This document shows, piece by piece, positions 1 to 8,831 of a stretch of 64,000 bases of DNA. The notes under the pieces were generated by a model. It searched no databases. It saw only the letters and a list, made by a program, of their open reading frames with translations, and was not told the origin of the DNA. The number at the start of each line of letters is the position of its first letter. Position 1 is the stretch's first letter. The stretch spans positions 33,023-97,022 of the forward strand of contig JBKBRF010000026.1 of the NCBI GenBank assembly GCA_046292385.1, given 5' to 3'. The DNA is from Armatimonadota bacterium. Lineage in GTDB: Bacteria > Armatimonadota > SYMT01. Both the position numbers and the translations under genes were made by a program.

Positions 1-28
1 CGCTGGGTTGGCCGGACCCCGCGAATTC

Positions 29-187
29 GTCATTCTGAACGCAGTGAAGAATCTCGGCAGCCGTCCTGGCTCGAATTACGCATCCGCGTGACGAGGAGTC
101 GGCCGGGCGGGGCGCTCCCGAACGTGGGGGCTGACCGTGTTCCCGGAGAGCCGAGTAACGGAGATCCTTCACTCCGTTCAGGATGAC
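29..187. repeat. REPIN/MITE-like element, copy 1
   Basis: Imperfect terminal inverted repeats GTCATTCTGAACGCAGTGAAGAATCTC ... GAGATCCTTCACTCCGTTCAGGATGAC; a homologous copy lies at 63691-63850. Confidence 0.85.
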
Positions 188-285
188 TGGGGTTGGGAAC
201 GGGCGCTGCCGCATTCGTCACGGGCTTCGGACGGGATCGCCTGTCAGGTGCCGGAGCTAGAGTGCAGGTCAGGAGGTGAGCAGAC

Positions 286-1413
286 ATGAGTGACACACAG
301 GCCCTCTTCACCGAGCGGGTAAACCGGGCCGCCGCCGCGCTGCGGGAGTCCGGGGTCGACGCGCTGCTGCTGACCCCCGGCGCCGACCTCCTCCACCTGA
401 CCGGCCTCTCGCACGGGCACGCGGGCGAGAGGCTGCTGGCCTACGTAGTGCGGCCGGACGGCTCCGGGGCGTGGATCTCCCCGGCGATGAACGCGGAGCA
501 GGTGCGGGGGCGTCTGCTGCCGGGGAACAGCCTGCGCGCCTGGACCGACGCCGAGACCTACCTGCCGGCGCTGCGGGAGACGCTGCAGGGCGCGCGGTCG
601 GTCGCCTTCGACGACGAGACCCGCGCCGGGTTCCTGCTCGACCTGCTCTCCGCCCTCCCGGAGGTCCAGGTGCGCCGCGCGAGCGACGTGACCCGCGGGC
701 TCCGGATCCGGAAGGACGAGTCGGAGCTCGGCCTGATGCGGGCCGCGGCCGAGATGGTTGACACCACGATTCCGAAGGCGCTCTCCTTCTGCCGGATCGG
801 CCGCACCGAGTCCGAGATTGCGGCGGACCTCCGGACTGCGCTGGTGCCGTCCGCGGCGGCGGGGGAGGAGGTGGGGGTGGCCTTCACGATCGTGGCGGGC
901 GGACCCAACTCCGCGCTGCCGCACCACGACACCGGCTCCCGGGCGCTGCAGCGGGGCGACGTGGTGATCCTCGACTTCGGCACCCGCTTCCACGGCTACC
1001 ACAGCGACATCACCGTCACCGGCTCCGTCGGCGAGCCGGCCGATCCGGAGGTGCGGAAGGTCTACCGGGTGGTCTGGGAGGCGCAGCAGAAGGCGCTGGA
1101 AGCGGTGCGCCCCGGCGTCACCTGCGAGGCGCTCGACCGTGCCGCGCGAGAGCAGATCACGGCGGCCGGTTACGGCGAGTACTTCCTCCACCGCACCGGT
1201 CACGGCCTGGGTCTGCAGGTCCACGAGCCGCCCTACCTCGTGTCCGGCAACACGGAGCGGCTGGAAGAGGGGATGACCTTCAGCGTCGAGCCCGGCATCT
1301 ACCTCGCCGGCCGCATCGGCGTGCGGCTGGAGGTGATCGCCGCCGTCACCGCCGACGGGGTGAGCCTCATCAACGCCCCCAGCGCGCCCGAGCTGCCGGT
1401 GGTAGAACAATAG
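286..1413 (+). CDS. Xaa-Pro peptidase (M24B family)
   Basis: Creatinase-like N domain plus LDFG, YHSDIT, HRTGHGLG, HEPP, SVEPG motifs; GGAGG RBS. Confidence 0.92.
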   Translation: MSDTQALFTERVNRAAAALRESGVDALLLTPGADLLHLTGLSHGHAGERLLAYVVRPDGSGAWISPAMNAEQVRGRLLPGNSLRAWTDAETYLPALRETLQGARSVAFDDETRAGFLLDLLSALPEVQVRRASDVTRGLRIRKDESELGLMRAAAEMVDTTIPKALSFCRIGRTESEIAADLRTALVPSAAAGEEVGVAFTIVAGGPNSALPHHDTGSRALQRGDVVILDFGTRFHGYHSDITVTGSVGEPADPEVRKVYRVVWEAQQKALEAVRPGVTCEALDRAAREQITAAGYGEYFLHRTGHGLGLQVHEPPYLVSGNTERLEEGMTFSVEPGIYLAGRIGVRLEVIAAVTADGVSLINAPSAPELPVVEQ

Positions 1414-1474
1414 CGTTCGGTGAGCGGGGGAGCGGCCGGCGCGGAAGCGGGCCTGGAGATCTGGAGGCGACGGG

Positions 1475-2488
1475 ATGGTGCGGGATCTGCTGGGGAGACT
1501 GGTGGAAGGGCGGAGCCTGGACGAGGAAGAGGCGTCGTTCCTGATGGGCCACATGATGTCCGGCGAGGCATCCCCGGCCCTCATCGCCGCGGTGCTGACC
1601 GCTCTCCGGATCAAGGGCGAGACCCCGGAAGAGGTGACCGGCTTCGCGCGGGCCATGCGGGAGCACTCGGTCCGCATCGAGCCCCGCTGCGAGCGGCTGG
1701 TCGATACCTGCGGCACCGGCGGCGGTAAGGTGACCACCTTCAACATCAGCACGGCGGCGGCGTTCGTGGTGGCGGGAGCCGGGATCTCCGTCGCCAAGCA
1801 CGGAAACCGCGCGATGACCTCTGCCTGCGGGAGCGCCGACGTGCTGGAGGCGCTCGGCGTGCGGATCGACCTCCCGGCGGAGCGGGTCTGCGCCTGCGTG
1901 GAGGAGGTGGGGATCGGCTTCATGTTCGCGCAGGCGCATCATCCGGCGATGAAGCACGTGGCGCCGGTGCGCAAGGAGCTGCCGTTCCGGACCGTGTTCA
2001 ACTGCCTCGGCCCGCTCACCAATCCCGCGGGCGCGGCGTCGCAGGTGGTGGGGGTCTACGAGCGGAGGCTGGTGCCGCTGGTGGCGGAGGTGCTGCGACG
2101 CCTCGGCTGCGAGCGGGCGCTGGTGGTCCACGGCGAGGACGGCCTGGACGAGCTTTCCACGCTGGGACTGACCTACCTGGCGGAGGTGCGGGACAACGCG
2201 GTGCACGAGCGGGAGATCAGCCCGGACCAGGTCGGCCTCCACCGGGCGCTGCCGGAGGAGATCGGGCCCGGCGAGAGCCCGGCGGAGAACGCCGAAATCA
2301 TCCGCGGCATCCTGCGCGGCGCCCCCGGCCCGCGCCGGGACATCGTGCTCCTGAACGCCGCGGCGGCGCTCGTCGCGGCAGGCGCCGCCGACGACCTCCG
2401 AGAAGCGATCCCCCTCGCCGCCCGCAGCATCGACACCGGCGCCGCCCTCCGCAAGCTCGAGGCACTGGTCGCTTTTACGAACCGCTAG
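1475..2488 (+). CDS. trpD: anthranilate phosphoribosyltransferase
   Basis: DTCGTGG, TFNISTA, KHGNR, GSADVLEALG, FNCLGPLTNP, DGLDE motifs. Confidence 0.97.
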   Translation: MVRDLLGRLVEGRSLDEEEASFLMGHMMSGEASPALIAAVLTALRIKGETPEEVTGFARAMREHSVRIEPRCERLVDTCGTGGGKVTTFNISTAAAFVVAGAGISVAKHGNRAMTSACGSADVLEALGVRIDLPAERVCACVEEVGIGFMFAQAHHPAMKHVAPVRKELPFRTVFNCLGPLTNPAGAASQVVGVYERRLVPLVAEVLRRLGCERALVVHGEDGLDELSTLGLTYLAEVRDNAVHEREISPDQVGLHRALPEEIGPGESPAENAEIIRGILRGAPGPRRDIVLLNAAAALVAAGAADDLREAIPLAARSIDTGAALRKLEALVAFTNR

Positions 2489-2568
2489 GGACCAGGAGTC
2501 CGTTCCGCCTACGGCACCACGACTGATCCCTGACCCCTGACCCCTGAAACCTGATCCCTCTACGAGAT

Positions 2569-3363
2569 ATGTCCGTCCCCTCCATCCTGCAGAAGATCGT
2601 CGCGCACAAGCGGCAAGAGGTCGCGGTGCGCAAAGCCGCGCGGCCGGTCGTCTCGCTCGCGGACGCTCCGCCGGTCCGCGACTTCGCCGCCGCGCTCCGC
2701 GGTGAGACCGTGCGCCTGATCGCGGAAGTGAAGCAGTCCTCGCCGTCGAAAGGCGTCATTCAGTCGGATTTCGATCCGGTCGCCATCGCCCGCACCTACG
2801 CGCAGAACGGCGCCGCCGCGATCTCCGTGCTGACCGACGAGGAGTTCTTCAAGGGGCACGACCGGTACCTGCAGGCGGTCCGCGGCGCGGTCGACGTCCC
2901 GCTCCTGCGCAAGGAATTCCTGGTCGACCCGTGGCAGATCGACGAGTCGCGGGCCCTCGGCGCGGACGCCGTGCTGCTGATCGTGGCGATCCTCTCGCCG
3001 GAAGAGCTGCGCCACTTCCAGCGCCGCGCGCACGAGCTCGGCATGGCGGCGCTGGTGGAGACCCACACGGAAGAGGAGCTGCGCGTGGCGCTCGAGATCG
3101 ACGCGCCGCTGATCGGGGTCAACAACCGCAATCTTCACACCTTCGAGACAACGCTGGAGACGACGGAGCGCCTGGCCGCCCTGGCCGGCGACCTGAGCGG
3201 GCGCACCCTGGTCAGCGAAAGTGGGATCTACACGGCCGCCGACGTGGCCCAGGTGGCGTCCCGCGGGGCCCGCGCCGTGCTGGTGGGAGAGGCGCTCATG
3301 CGCGACCGCGACCCCGCCGCCCGCGTCCGGGAGCTTGCCGGCGTTTCGATTGCCTCGCGTTGA
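2569..3363 (+). CDS. trpC: indole-3-glycerol phosphate synthase
   Basis: IAEVKQSSPSKG, ISVLTD, LLRKEF, GVNNRNL, SESGI motifs; follows trpD. Confidence 0.97.
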   Translation: MSVPSILQKIVAHKRQEVAVRKAARPVVSLADAPPVRDFAAALRGETVRLIAEVKQSSPSKGVIQSDFDPVAIARTYAQNGAAAISVLTDEEFFKGHDRYLQAVRGAVDVPLLRKEFLVDPWQIDESRALGADAVLLIVAILSPEELRHFQRRAHELGMAALVETHTEEELRVALEIDAPLIGVNNRNLHTFETTLETTERLAALAGDLSGRTLVSESGIYTAADVAQVASRGARAVLVGEALMRDRDPAARVRELAGVSIASR

Positions 3364-3386
3364 CCGGCTAACGAGTGCGGCGACCC

Positions 3387-3881
3387 CTACTGGGACGGCC
3401 GGTCAGGTGAGTCGGCTGTGTGGACCTGGAGGAACGCGACCGGATCGAGGATAGTCAGAGTAGGAAATCGAGCCCGGAACTCCCTGCCCTCATCCCGTTC
3501 AGCGTCCATCAGGTGGAGCAAGTCGTTGTCTCTGGTCACGAGGTAATCGGCCTTCGCCGCCAGCGCCAGATCTAGATAGGCCTCATCCTTCGGGTCCCTG
3601 GGCAGTGCGACCTGGTGAGGCACGTCAGTAATCAGGATGGCATTCTCGGCGATCAGCTCAAGAAGAGCTTCGACTCGCTCGGGCGTGAGCTGCTGGAACT
3701 TTCGGCGCAGCTCCGGTCGGCTCAGCACATCCCGGAGCTCAGAAAGCGTAGCGGAGCTCAGAACCAGCGAGATCTCTCCCGTTTGGAACAGCCGAATGCA
3801 CGCCCCCGCCGGGCCTCGAACGTTAATCAAGCCCTGCAGAAAGGTGTTGCAGTCAAATACGACCACTGGCGGGTCGCGCAT
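3387..3881 (-). CDS. PIN-domain toxin (putative TA toxin)
   Basis: VVFDCN...E...RDPKDEAYLDLA...ADYLVTRDNDLL PIN signature; start overlaps the upstream stop. Confidence 0.88.
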   Translation of the reverse strand: MRDPPVVVFDCNTFLQGLINVRGPAGACIRLFQTGEISLVLSSATLSELRDVLSRPELRRKFQQLTPERVEALLELIAENAILITDVPHQVALPRDPKDEAYLDLALAAKADYLVTRDNDLLHLMDAERDEGREFRARFPTLTILDPVAFLQVHTADSPDRPSQ

Positions 3882-4135
3882 CAGGATGCGCGACCTGGAC
3901 GCTCCTCATAGGCGGCGTCTCGAGCAGTCTCGATCAGGTGGTCGAGCTCGGATTCGGACATCCCACTCTGATCGAACTCCTGGCGGAGAGGCGCCAGGAT
4001 CTCGTCCAGGTCGGGGCGTGTGAGGCCGCGCTCGATGAGCCCGCGAGCGAAGTCGGCGGGGTCCTGTCCCTGGCGAGCCGCGCGCTCGCGTAGCTGGCTC
4101 TCCTGCTCGGGGGATAGCTGGATCGTGATGGTCAC
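3881..4135 (-). CDS. putative antitoxin (RHH-like N-terminus)
   Basis: 84 aa, MTITIQLSPEQESQLRERAARQG; coupled directly upstream of the PIN gene. Confidence 0.8.
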   Translation of the reverse strand: MTITIQLSPEQESQLRERAARQGQDPADFARGLIERGLTRPDLDEILAPLRQEFDQSGMSESELDHLIETARDAAYEERPGRAS

Positions 4136-4226
4136 CGCTCGGCCTCCTCTCGTACCATTTGCAGTTCATTCTAGCCGGACTGCCTGTCCGGTGCGACCAA
4201 GCTCCGCGCCTGGAAAGAATCCCCCC

Positions 4227-5114
4227 ATGCTGACTCCTGCCGAGCTCTACGGTCCGTGGCCCGTGGAAGGGTACGTCGTTCGGATCGACTTCGAGGACGG
4301 CGTGCGCCTGGTGGCGGAGCGGGAGGGGCAGCGGCTGGCGTCGCTGCCGGCGGCGGTGCGGGCGAGCGGGGAGATGGCGTGGATCCGCCTGGCGAAGGAG
4401 GCGGCGGAGCAGCACCAGCGGCAGCTCAAGGCGCTGCTGGAGAACGCGATGGTGGAGGGGATCCCGTTCACCGCGGAAGACCTGGCGACCCTGGCGCTCG
4501 ATCCGCTCGGCCGCAGCCTGATGGGCCGGATCCTCTTCGAGCGGGATCGGGTGGTCGGTGTGCCGGTGCCGGACGACTGGCTGATGTTGACGCTGGAGGG
4601 CCACCTGCTCCCCCTGGAGTCGCCGCTGAAGGTGGTGCACCCGGTCCTGCTCCGCTCCATGGGTCGACTGGACGGGTGGAACGCCTGGCTGAACCGGGCG
4701 CCGTTCACGCAGCCGATCAAGCAGCTCCGCCGGGAGCTGTACGGCATCTCCCCGCGCGACCGGGAGACGCCCGGCTGCACCGCCCGGCTGGCCGGCGAGC
4801 AGGTGCGGTGGGACCAGTCGCGCGCGCTGCTGGAAGGGCGCGGCTGGTACCGCGTGACCAAGACCGGCGCGGAGCGGCAGTTCCGGAGCGCGCGCCTGAC
4901 GGCCTTTCTGGAGTTTCGCACCCCTGCGGCGAGGGGATTCAGCAAAGAGGACGTCGTCCTCGGCCGGCTCTACTTTCTGCCTGCCGGCGAGCGCGTGGTG
5001 AACCGCGCCCGCCCCGGCCTCCCGCTCGAGCGAGTGCCCGCGGTCGTGCTCTCGGAGGCGCTGCGAGACGCCTCCCTGGTGGCGCAGGTGGCCGGCACGA
5101 TCCGCGAGACGTAA
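4227..5114 (+). CDS. DUF4132-like domain protein
   Basis: LENAMV...HPV...W...QPIKQLRRELY...VPAVVLSEALRD motifs; ATG at 4227 chosen over the longer ORF, which overlaps the antitoxin. Confidence 0.7.
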   Translation: MLTPAELYGPWPVEGYVVRIDFEDGVRLVAEREGQRLASLPAAVRASGEMAWIRLAKEAAEQHQRQLKALLENAMVEGIPFTAEDLATLALDPLGRSLMGRILFERDRVVGVPVPDDWLMLTLEGHLLPLESPLKVVHPVLLRSMGRLDGWNAWLNRAPFTQPIKQLRRELYGISPRDRETPGCTARLAGEQVRWDQSRALLEGRGWYRVTKTGAERQFRSARLTAFLEFRTPAARGFSKEDVVLGRLYFLPAGERVVNRARPGLPLERVPAVVLSEALRDASLVAQVAGTIRET

Positions 5115-5318
5115 CGAGTCAGGACTGAGTGGGGGAGTGGGGGCAAGGGAGAGTCGGAGAAATTGTCTGCGAGAGCGGCGCTGTTTTGCCGGGGACACCG
5201 ACCTTCCCGGAGCCCATCTGAGAACGAGAAGGAGAAGGAGAAAGAGAAGGAGCCCTGGTACGGATGGTTTGGGTTCATCCCTCATCGTTCCGCCCTCATC
5301 CCTGACTTCGGAGGCGCT

Positions 5319-6629
5319 ATGAGCAGCTACCTGATCGAGAGAGAGCCCCTTGCCCCGATCGCGGAGGGGCTGCGCGGGGGGGAGCTGGATCTGCTCACCT
5401 ACCTGGGCGACCGGCTGGACCGTCTCCAGGCCGTCGACCCGGAGATCCTGGCCGTGCTGCCGGAGCCAGACCGGCGTGAGCGACTGCAGCGGGAGGCGGA
5501 GGCGCTGCTGGAGCGCTGGCCGGATCCGGCGGGGCGGCCGCCGCTCTGGGGGGTCCCGGTGGGCGTGAAGGACATCTTTCGGGTGGACGGCTTCCCCACC
5601 CGCGCCGGCTCCACTCTGCCGCCGGAGTTCTTCGACAGGGCGGAAGCGGCGGCGGTGCGCCGGCTGCGGGAGGCGGGCGCGCTGGTGCTCGGCAAGACGG
5701 TGACGACCGAGTTCGCTTTCATCGAGCCGGGGCCGACTCGCAACCCGCACGCACCGGACCATACCCCCGGCGGGTCCAGCAGCGGCTCCGCGGCGGCGGT
5801 GGCGGCGGGGATCTGCCCGCTGGCGCTGGGAAGCCAGACGGTCGGCTCCACGCTGCGTCCGGCCGCCTTCTGCGGAGTGGTCGGCTTCAAGCCGACTTAC
5901 GGCCTGATCCCGCTCGACGGCGTCGTGCCGCTCGCTCCGTCGTTCGACCACGCCGGGATCTTGACCCAGGACGCCGCCGGGGCCGCACTCGCCGCCTCGG
6001 TGCTGGTGGACGGGTGGAGCGACCAGCCGGAGCCCTCCGTGCCGGCGCGGCTCGGGATCCCTGCGGGCCCGTTCCTGGAGCAGGCGTCGCCGGAGGGTCT
6101 CGCCGCGTTCCGCCTGCAGGTAGAGGCGCTGAAGCGCGCCGGCTGGAGCGTGGAGGAGGTGCCGGCGCTGGAGGAGATCGAGGCGATCGGCGCGCGGCAC
6201 CGGCGCTTGATGGCGGCGGAAGCGGCCGCGGGCCACGCCGGTTGGGTGCGCGAGCACGCCGACCGGTACCGCCCCCGCACCCTCGCGCTGATCCGGGAGG
6301 GCGAGCAGGTGGACCCCTCCGAGCTGCCGGCGCTGCGGGAGAGCCGGGAGACGCTGCGGCGGGAGCTGGAGCGGCGGATGGACGAGGCGGGGATCAATCT
6401 CTGGGTCTGCCCCGCGGCAAGCGGTCCGGCACCGGAAGGACTCGACTTCACCGGCGCTCCGCAGATGCAGCTTCCGTGGACGCACGCCGGCCTGCCGGCG
6501 ATCTCCCTCCCTGGCGCCGAATCCGGAAGCGGCCTGCCGCTCGGGCTGCAGCTCATCGCGCGCAGCAGGGCCGACCGTGCCCTGCTGCGGTGGGCGGAGC
6601 AGCTCGAGCCGGTCCTGCGCCGTGGTTAG
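5319..6629 (+). CDS. amidase-signature family protein
   Basis: GVKD, PGGSSSGSAAAVA, GSQTVGS, RPAAFCG motifs; GGAGG RBS. Confidence 0.92.
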   Translation: MSSYLIEREPLAPIAEGLRGGELDLLTYLGDRLDRLQAVDPEILAVLPEPDRRERLQREAEALLERWPDPAGRPPLWGVPVGVKDIFRVDGFPTRAGSTLPPEFFDRAEAAAVRRLREAGALVLGKTVTTEFAFIEPGPTRNPHAPDHTPGGSSSGSAAAVAAGICPLALGSQTVGSTLRPAAFCGVVGFKPTYGLIPLDGVVPLAPSFDHAGILTQDAAGAALAASVLVDGWSDQPEPSVPARLGIPAGPFLEQASPEGLAAFRLQVEALKRAGWSVEEVPALEEIEAIGARHRRLMAAEAAAGHAGWVREHADRYRPRTLALIREGEQVDPSELPALRESRETLRRELERRMDEAGINLWVCPAASGPAPEGLDFTGAPQMQLPWTHAGLPAISLPGAESGSGLPLGLQLIARSRADRALLRWAEQLEPVLRRG

Positions 6630-6710
6630 AGCCTGTCCGGACAGGCTCGGTTGCTAGCGAAGCCGAGCTCGCAGCCGGCTGCAGCCAGGCAGGCCGGTTC
6701 GGATAGGCTC
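6629..6710. mobile_element. 82-bp MITE with TTA direct repeats
   Basis: TTA[GAGCCTGTCCG...CGGATAGGCTC]TTA; inverted repeat matches at 10/11 positions. Confidence 0.6.
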
Positions 6711-6956
6711 TTAACTCCAGCGGGAGCGGTCGCGAGGGACGCCTCCGGAGATCCACGCCGTGCTGTTCAGCGGCGTCGCGCTGGAGAGCTGATCGGCCAG
6801 CACCTCCAGCTTGCGCGCCCAGCGCCAGCCGCGCACCCACAGCCCGTGCAGCGGCTCTTCCGGCGAATAGGGATTCGCCGCCTCCGCCAACCCGCGGGAG
6901 TAGGCGAGGACGCCTTCTCGCTCCGCGTTGAGTTCTCGTGCGTTGGATGTAATCAC
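6711..6956 (-). CDS. small protein with Rmf/CrpP-like motif
   Basis: A..EG..A...G.....NPY........W..GWR.A pattern resembles ribosome modulation factor. Confidence 0.55.
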   Translation of the reverse strand: MITSNARELNAEREGVLAYSRGLAEAANPYSPEEPLHGLWVRGWRWARKLEVLADQLSSATPLNSTAWISGGVPRDRSRWS

Positions 6957-7180
6957 AGCCGATTCTTCGGAGGGTGCCGGAACGCTTTACATCCAACTTT
7001 CGGATGACCCGCGCCATCCCGCGGCGGCTCGGAGGTGTCAGAGCGTGGCACGCTGCCGACGGCCGACCTTGCAATCCTCCGCGCGCGGCAAGGGGAGTTC
7101 GCCCCGGACGCCGAATGTGATGAAAGTGATTCCGGTTATGTCCGCGAGCGGCCTCCGCGCCGCTCCGGGAGAGAGACACG

Positions 7181-7933
7181 ATGCAGATGAAGAAGGCATG
7201 GAGCTGGGCCGCGGCCCTAGTGCTCGCGGCGGCGGTGCTGCCGGCCGGCGCGCAGGCTCCGGAAGGCGGGCGGGGCAATCGCCCGCGGGGCTTCCAGCGG
7301 CTTTTCAATGGCCGAGACCTGACCAACTGGCAGGGGCTGATCGATATCAAGCGGCGCGCCACCCTTACGCCGGAGCAGCTCAAGGAAGAGCAGGCGAAGG
7401 CGGACGAGAAGATGCGCGCCCACTGGAGCGTGGAGAACGGGGTGCTGGTCTTCGACGGCAAGGGCGACAGCCTGCAGACCGTCAAGGACTACGGCAACTT
7501 CGAGATGTACGTCGACTGGAAGATCCTGCCCAAGGGCGACAGCGGCATCTACGTGCGCGGCAATCCGCAGATCCAGATCTGGGACCACACGGAGAACCCG
7601 GTCGGCTCCGGCGGCCTCTTCAACAACGAGAAGAACCCCAGCAAGCCGCTCGTCGTGGCGGACAACCCGGTGGGAGAGTGGAACACCTTCTTCATCCGGA
7701 TGGTCGGCGACCGCGTGACGGTGAAGCTGAACGACAAGGTAGTGGTCGACAACACCCCGCTGGAGAACTTCTGGGAGCGCGGCAAGCCGCTGCCGGAGAA
7801 GGGTCCGATCGAGCTCCAGAACCACGGCAACCGCCTGGAGTTCCGGAACATCTACCTCCGCGAGCTGGACGAGCAGGGCAACCCGGTTCCCCGCCAGCGC
7901 CGGAACCGCGACGCCAATCCCAACCGGCAGTAG
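7181..7933 (+). CDS. DUF1080 (3-keto-disaccharide hydrolase-like) secreted protein
   Basis: Signal peptide; LFNGRDLTNW, GDSGIY, GEWN, GPIELQNHG, FRNI motifs. Confidence 0.9.
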   Translation: MQMKKAWSWAAALVLAAAVLPAGAQAPEGGRGNRPRGFQRLFNGRDLTNWQGLIDIKRRATLTPEQLKEEQAKADEKMRAHWSVENGVLVFDGKGDSLQTVKDYGNFEMYVDWKILPKGDSGIYVRGNPQIQIWDHTENPVGSGGLFNNEKNPSKPLVVADNPVGEWNTFFIRMVGDRVTVKLNDKVVVDNTPLENFWERGKPLPEKGPIELQNHGNRLEFRNIYLRELDEQGNPVPRQRRNRDANPNRQ

Positions 7934-8010
7934 CCCGAGCCGGGCAAGCTGCCCCAGACGCAACGAAGCGCTCCCCCGGTGCGGGCGGAGCGCTTCACGC
8001 GTTTCTGGAG

Positions 8011-8081
8011 TTCCCGGACAAGGATTCGAACCTCGATTCACGGCTCCAAAGGCCGCTGTCCTACCATTAGACGATCCGGGA
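8011..8081 (-). tRNA. tRNA-Gln(TTG)
   Basis: TCCCGGATCGTCTAATGGTAGGACAGCGGCCTTTGGAGCCGTGAATCGAGGTTCGAATCCTTGTCCGGGAA folds as a cloverleaf; U1-A72 pair; CCA is not directly encoded. Confidence 0.95.
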
Positions 8082-8409
8082 CCGGTCCGGCCGAGCCGGA
8101 GCCAGCCCAGTATACCGTCCGCCCGCGGGGGAGCGCAACACCGGCGGGAGTGGGATGAACAATGAGGGGTCCAGGCCGAGCCAGGCACAACGGGCGGCGA
8201 GACCGAGCCGTGGTGACCGGCAAGACCCTGCTTCGGCCTGGGAGCCTACTACGGGAATGGCCGGCTCCCCAAAACAGCAGCAAGCTGCCGCACTCCACAG
8301 ACCGGCCCGCGTGCTCGTCCCGCTTCACCGGCAGAGTGATCCCGACCGGCGACGCCTCCCGGTTCCGCGGCGGCCTACACCCTATCCCCTAAACCCTAGA
8401 CCCTGATTG

Positions 8410-8583
8410 CTAAAAGCCGTCGCCGAGGGAGAAGACGGTCAGGCCGAAGCCGCCGGCGAGGATCACCATGAAGGCGGCGAGCACCAGGAGCAGGCCGCTC
8501 TTGCGGGCGACCCCGGTGGCTCCCAGGGCGACGGCAGCGGTGGCGGAGACGGCGAGGACGGCGTTGAGCGAGTCGGGAAACAT
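8410..8583 (-). CDS. small two-TM membrane protein (57 aa, below the ORF-track cutoff)
   Basis: MFPDSLNAVLAVSATAAVALGATGVARKSGLLLVLAAFMVILAGGFGLTVFSLGDGF*; purine-rich RBS; GC-rich third codon positions. Confidence 0.6.
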   Translation of the reverse strand: MFPDSLNAVLAVSATAAVALGATGVARKSGLLLVLAAFMVILAGGFGLTVFSLGDGF

Positions 8584-8831
8584 GGCGGGACCCTTTCCTC
8601 GTAGGGTAGACGATAGGGGGGACGGAGGGCGAGCGCGGCGATGGAACCGGATCGTCCCTCAGGGTGTCGGCATGTCGGCCGGAGGGCGTTAGAGCACTTT
8701 TCCGGCGCCTGTCGCGGTTGACCCTGCGGAGCGACGCCGGTACCATAAACCGGTTCGCCCCCAGGCTGCCGTCGGCCGCCGTCCGCCGGCTGTTCTGTGC
8801 GGCCGGGAGGTCTCCACCGGAAAGGTTGTTG

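Noticed and set aside
5163..5318. N-terminal EKEKEK extension of the amidase ORF
   Set aside because: It translates an intergenic hexamer repeat; the RBS supports the ATG at 5319.
3906..6485. Long antisense ORFs (e.g. 3906-6485, 26854-29616, 32106-34478, 38896-40767)
   Set aside because: Shadow or alternative frames of well-supported genes in high-GC DNA; Arg/Pro/Gly-rich with no motifs.
8000..8090. tRNA-Gln as an integration site
   Set aside because: No duplicated tRNA 3' end and no integrase seen in the window.
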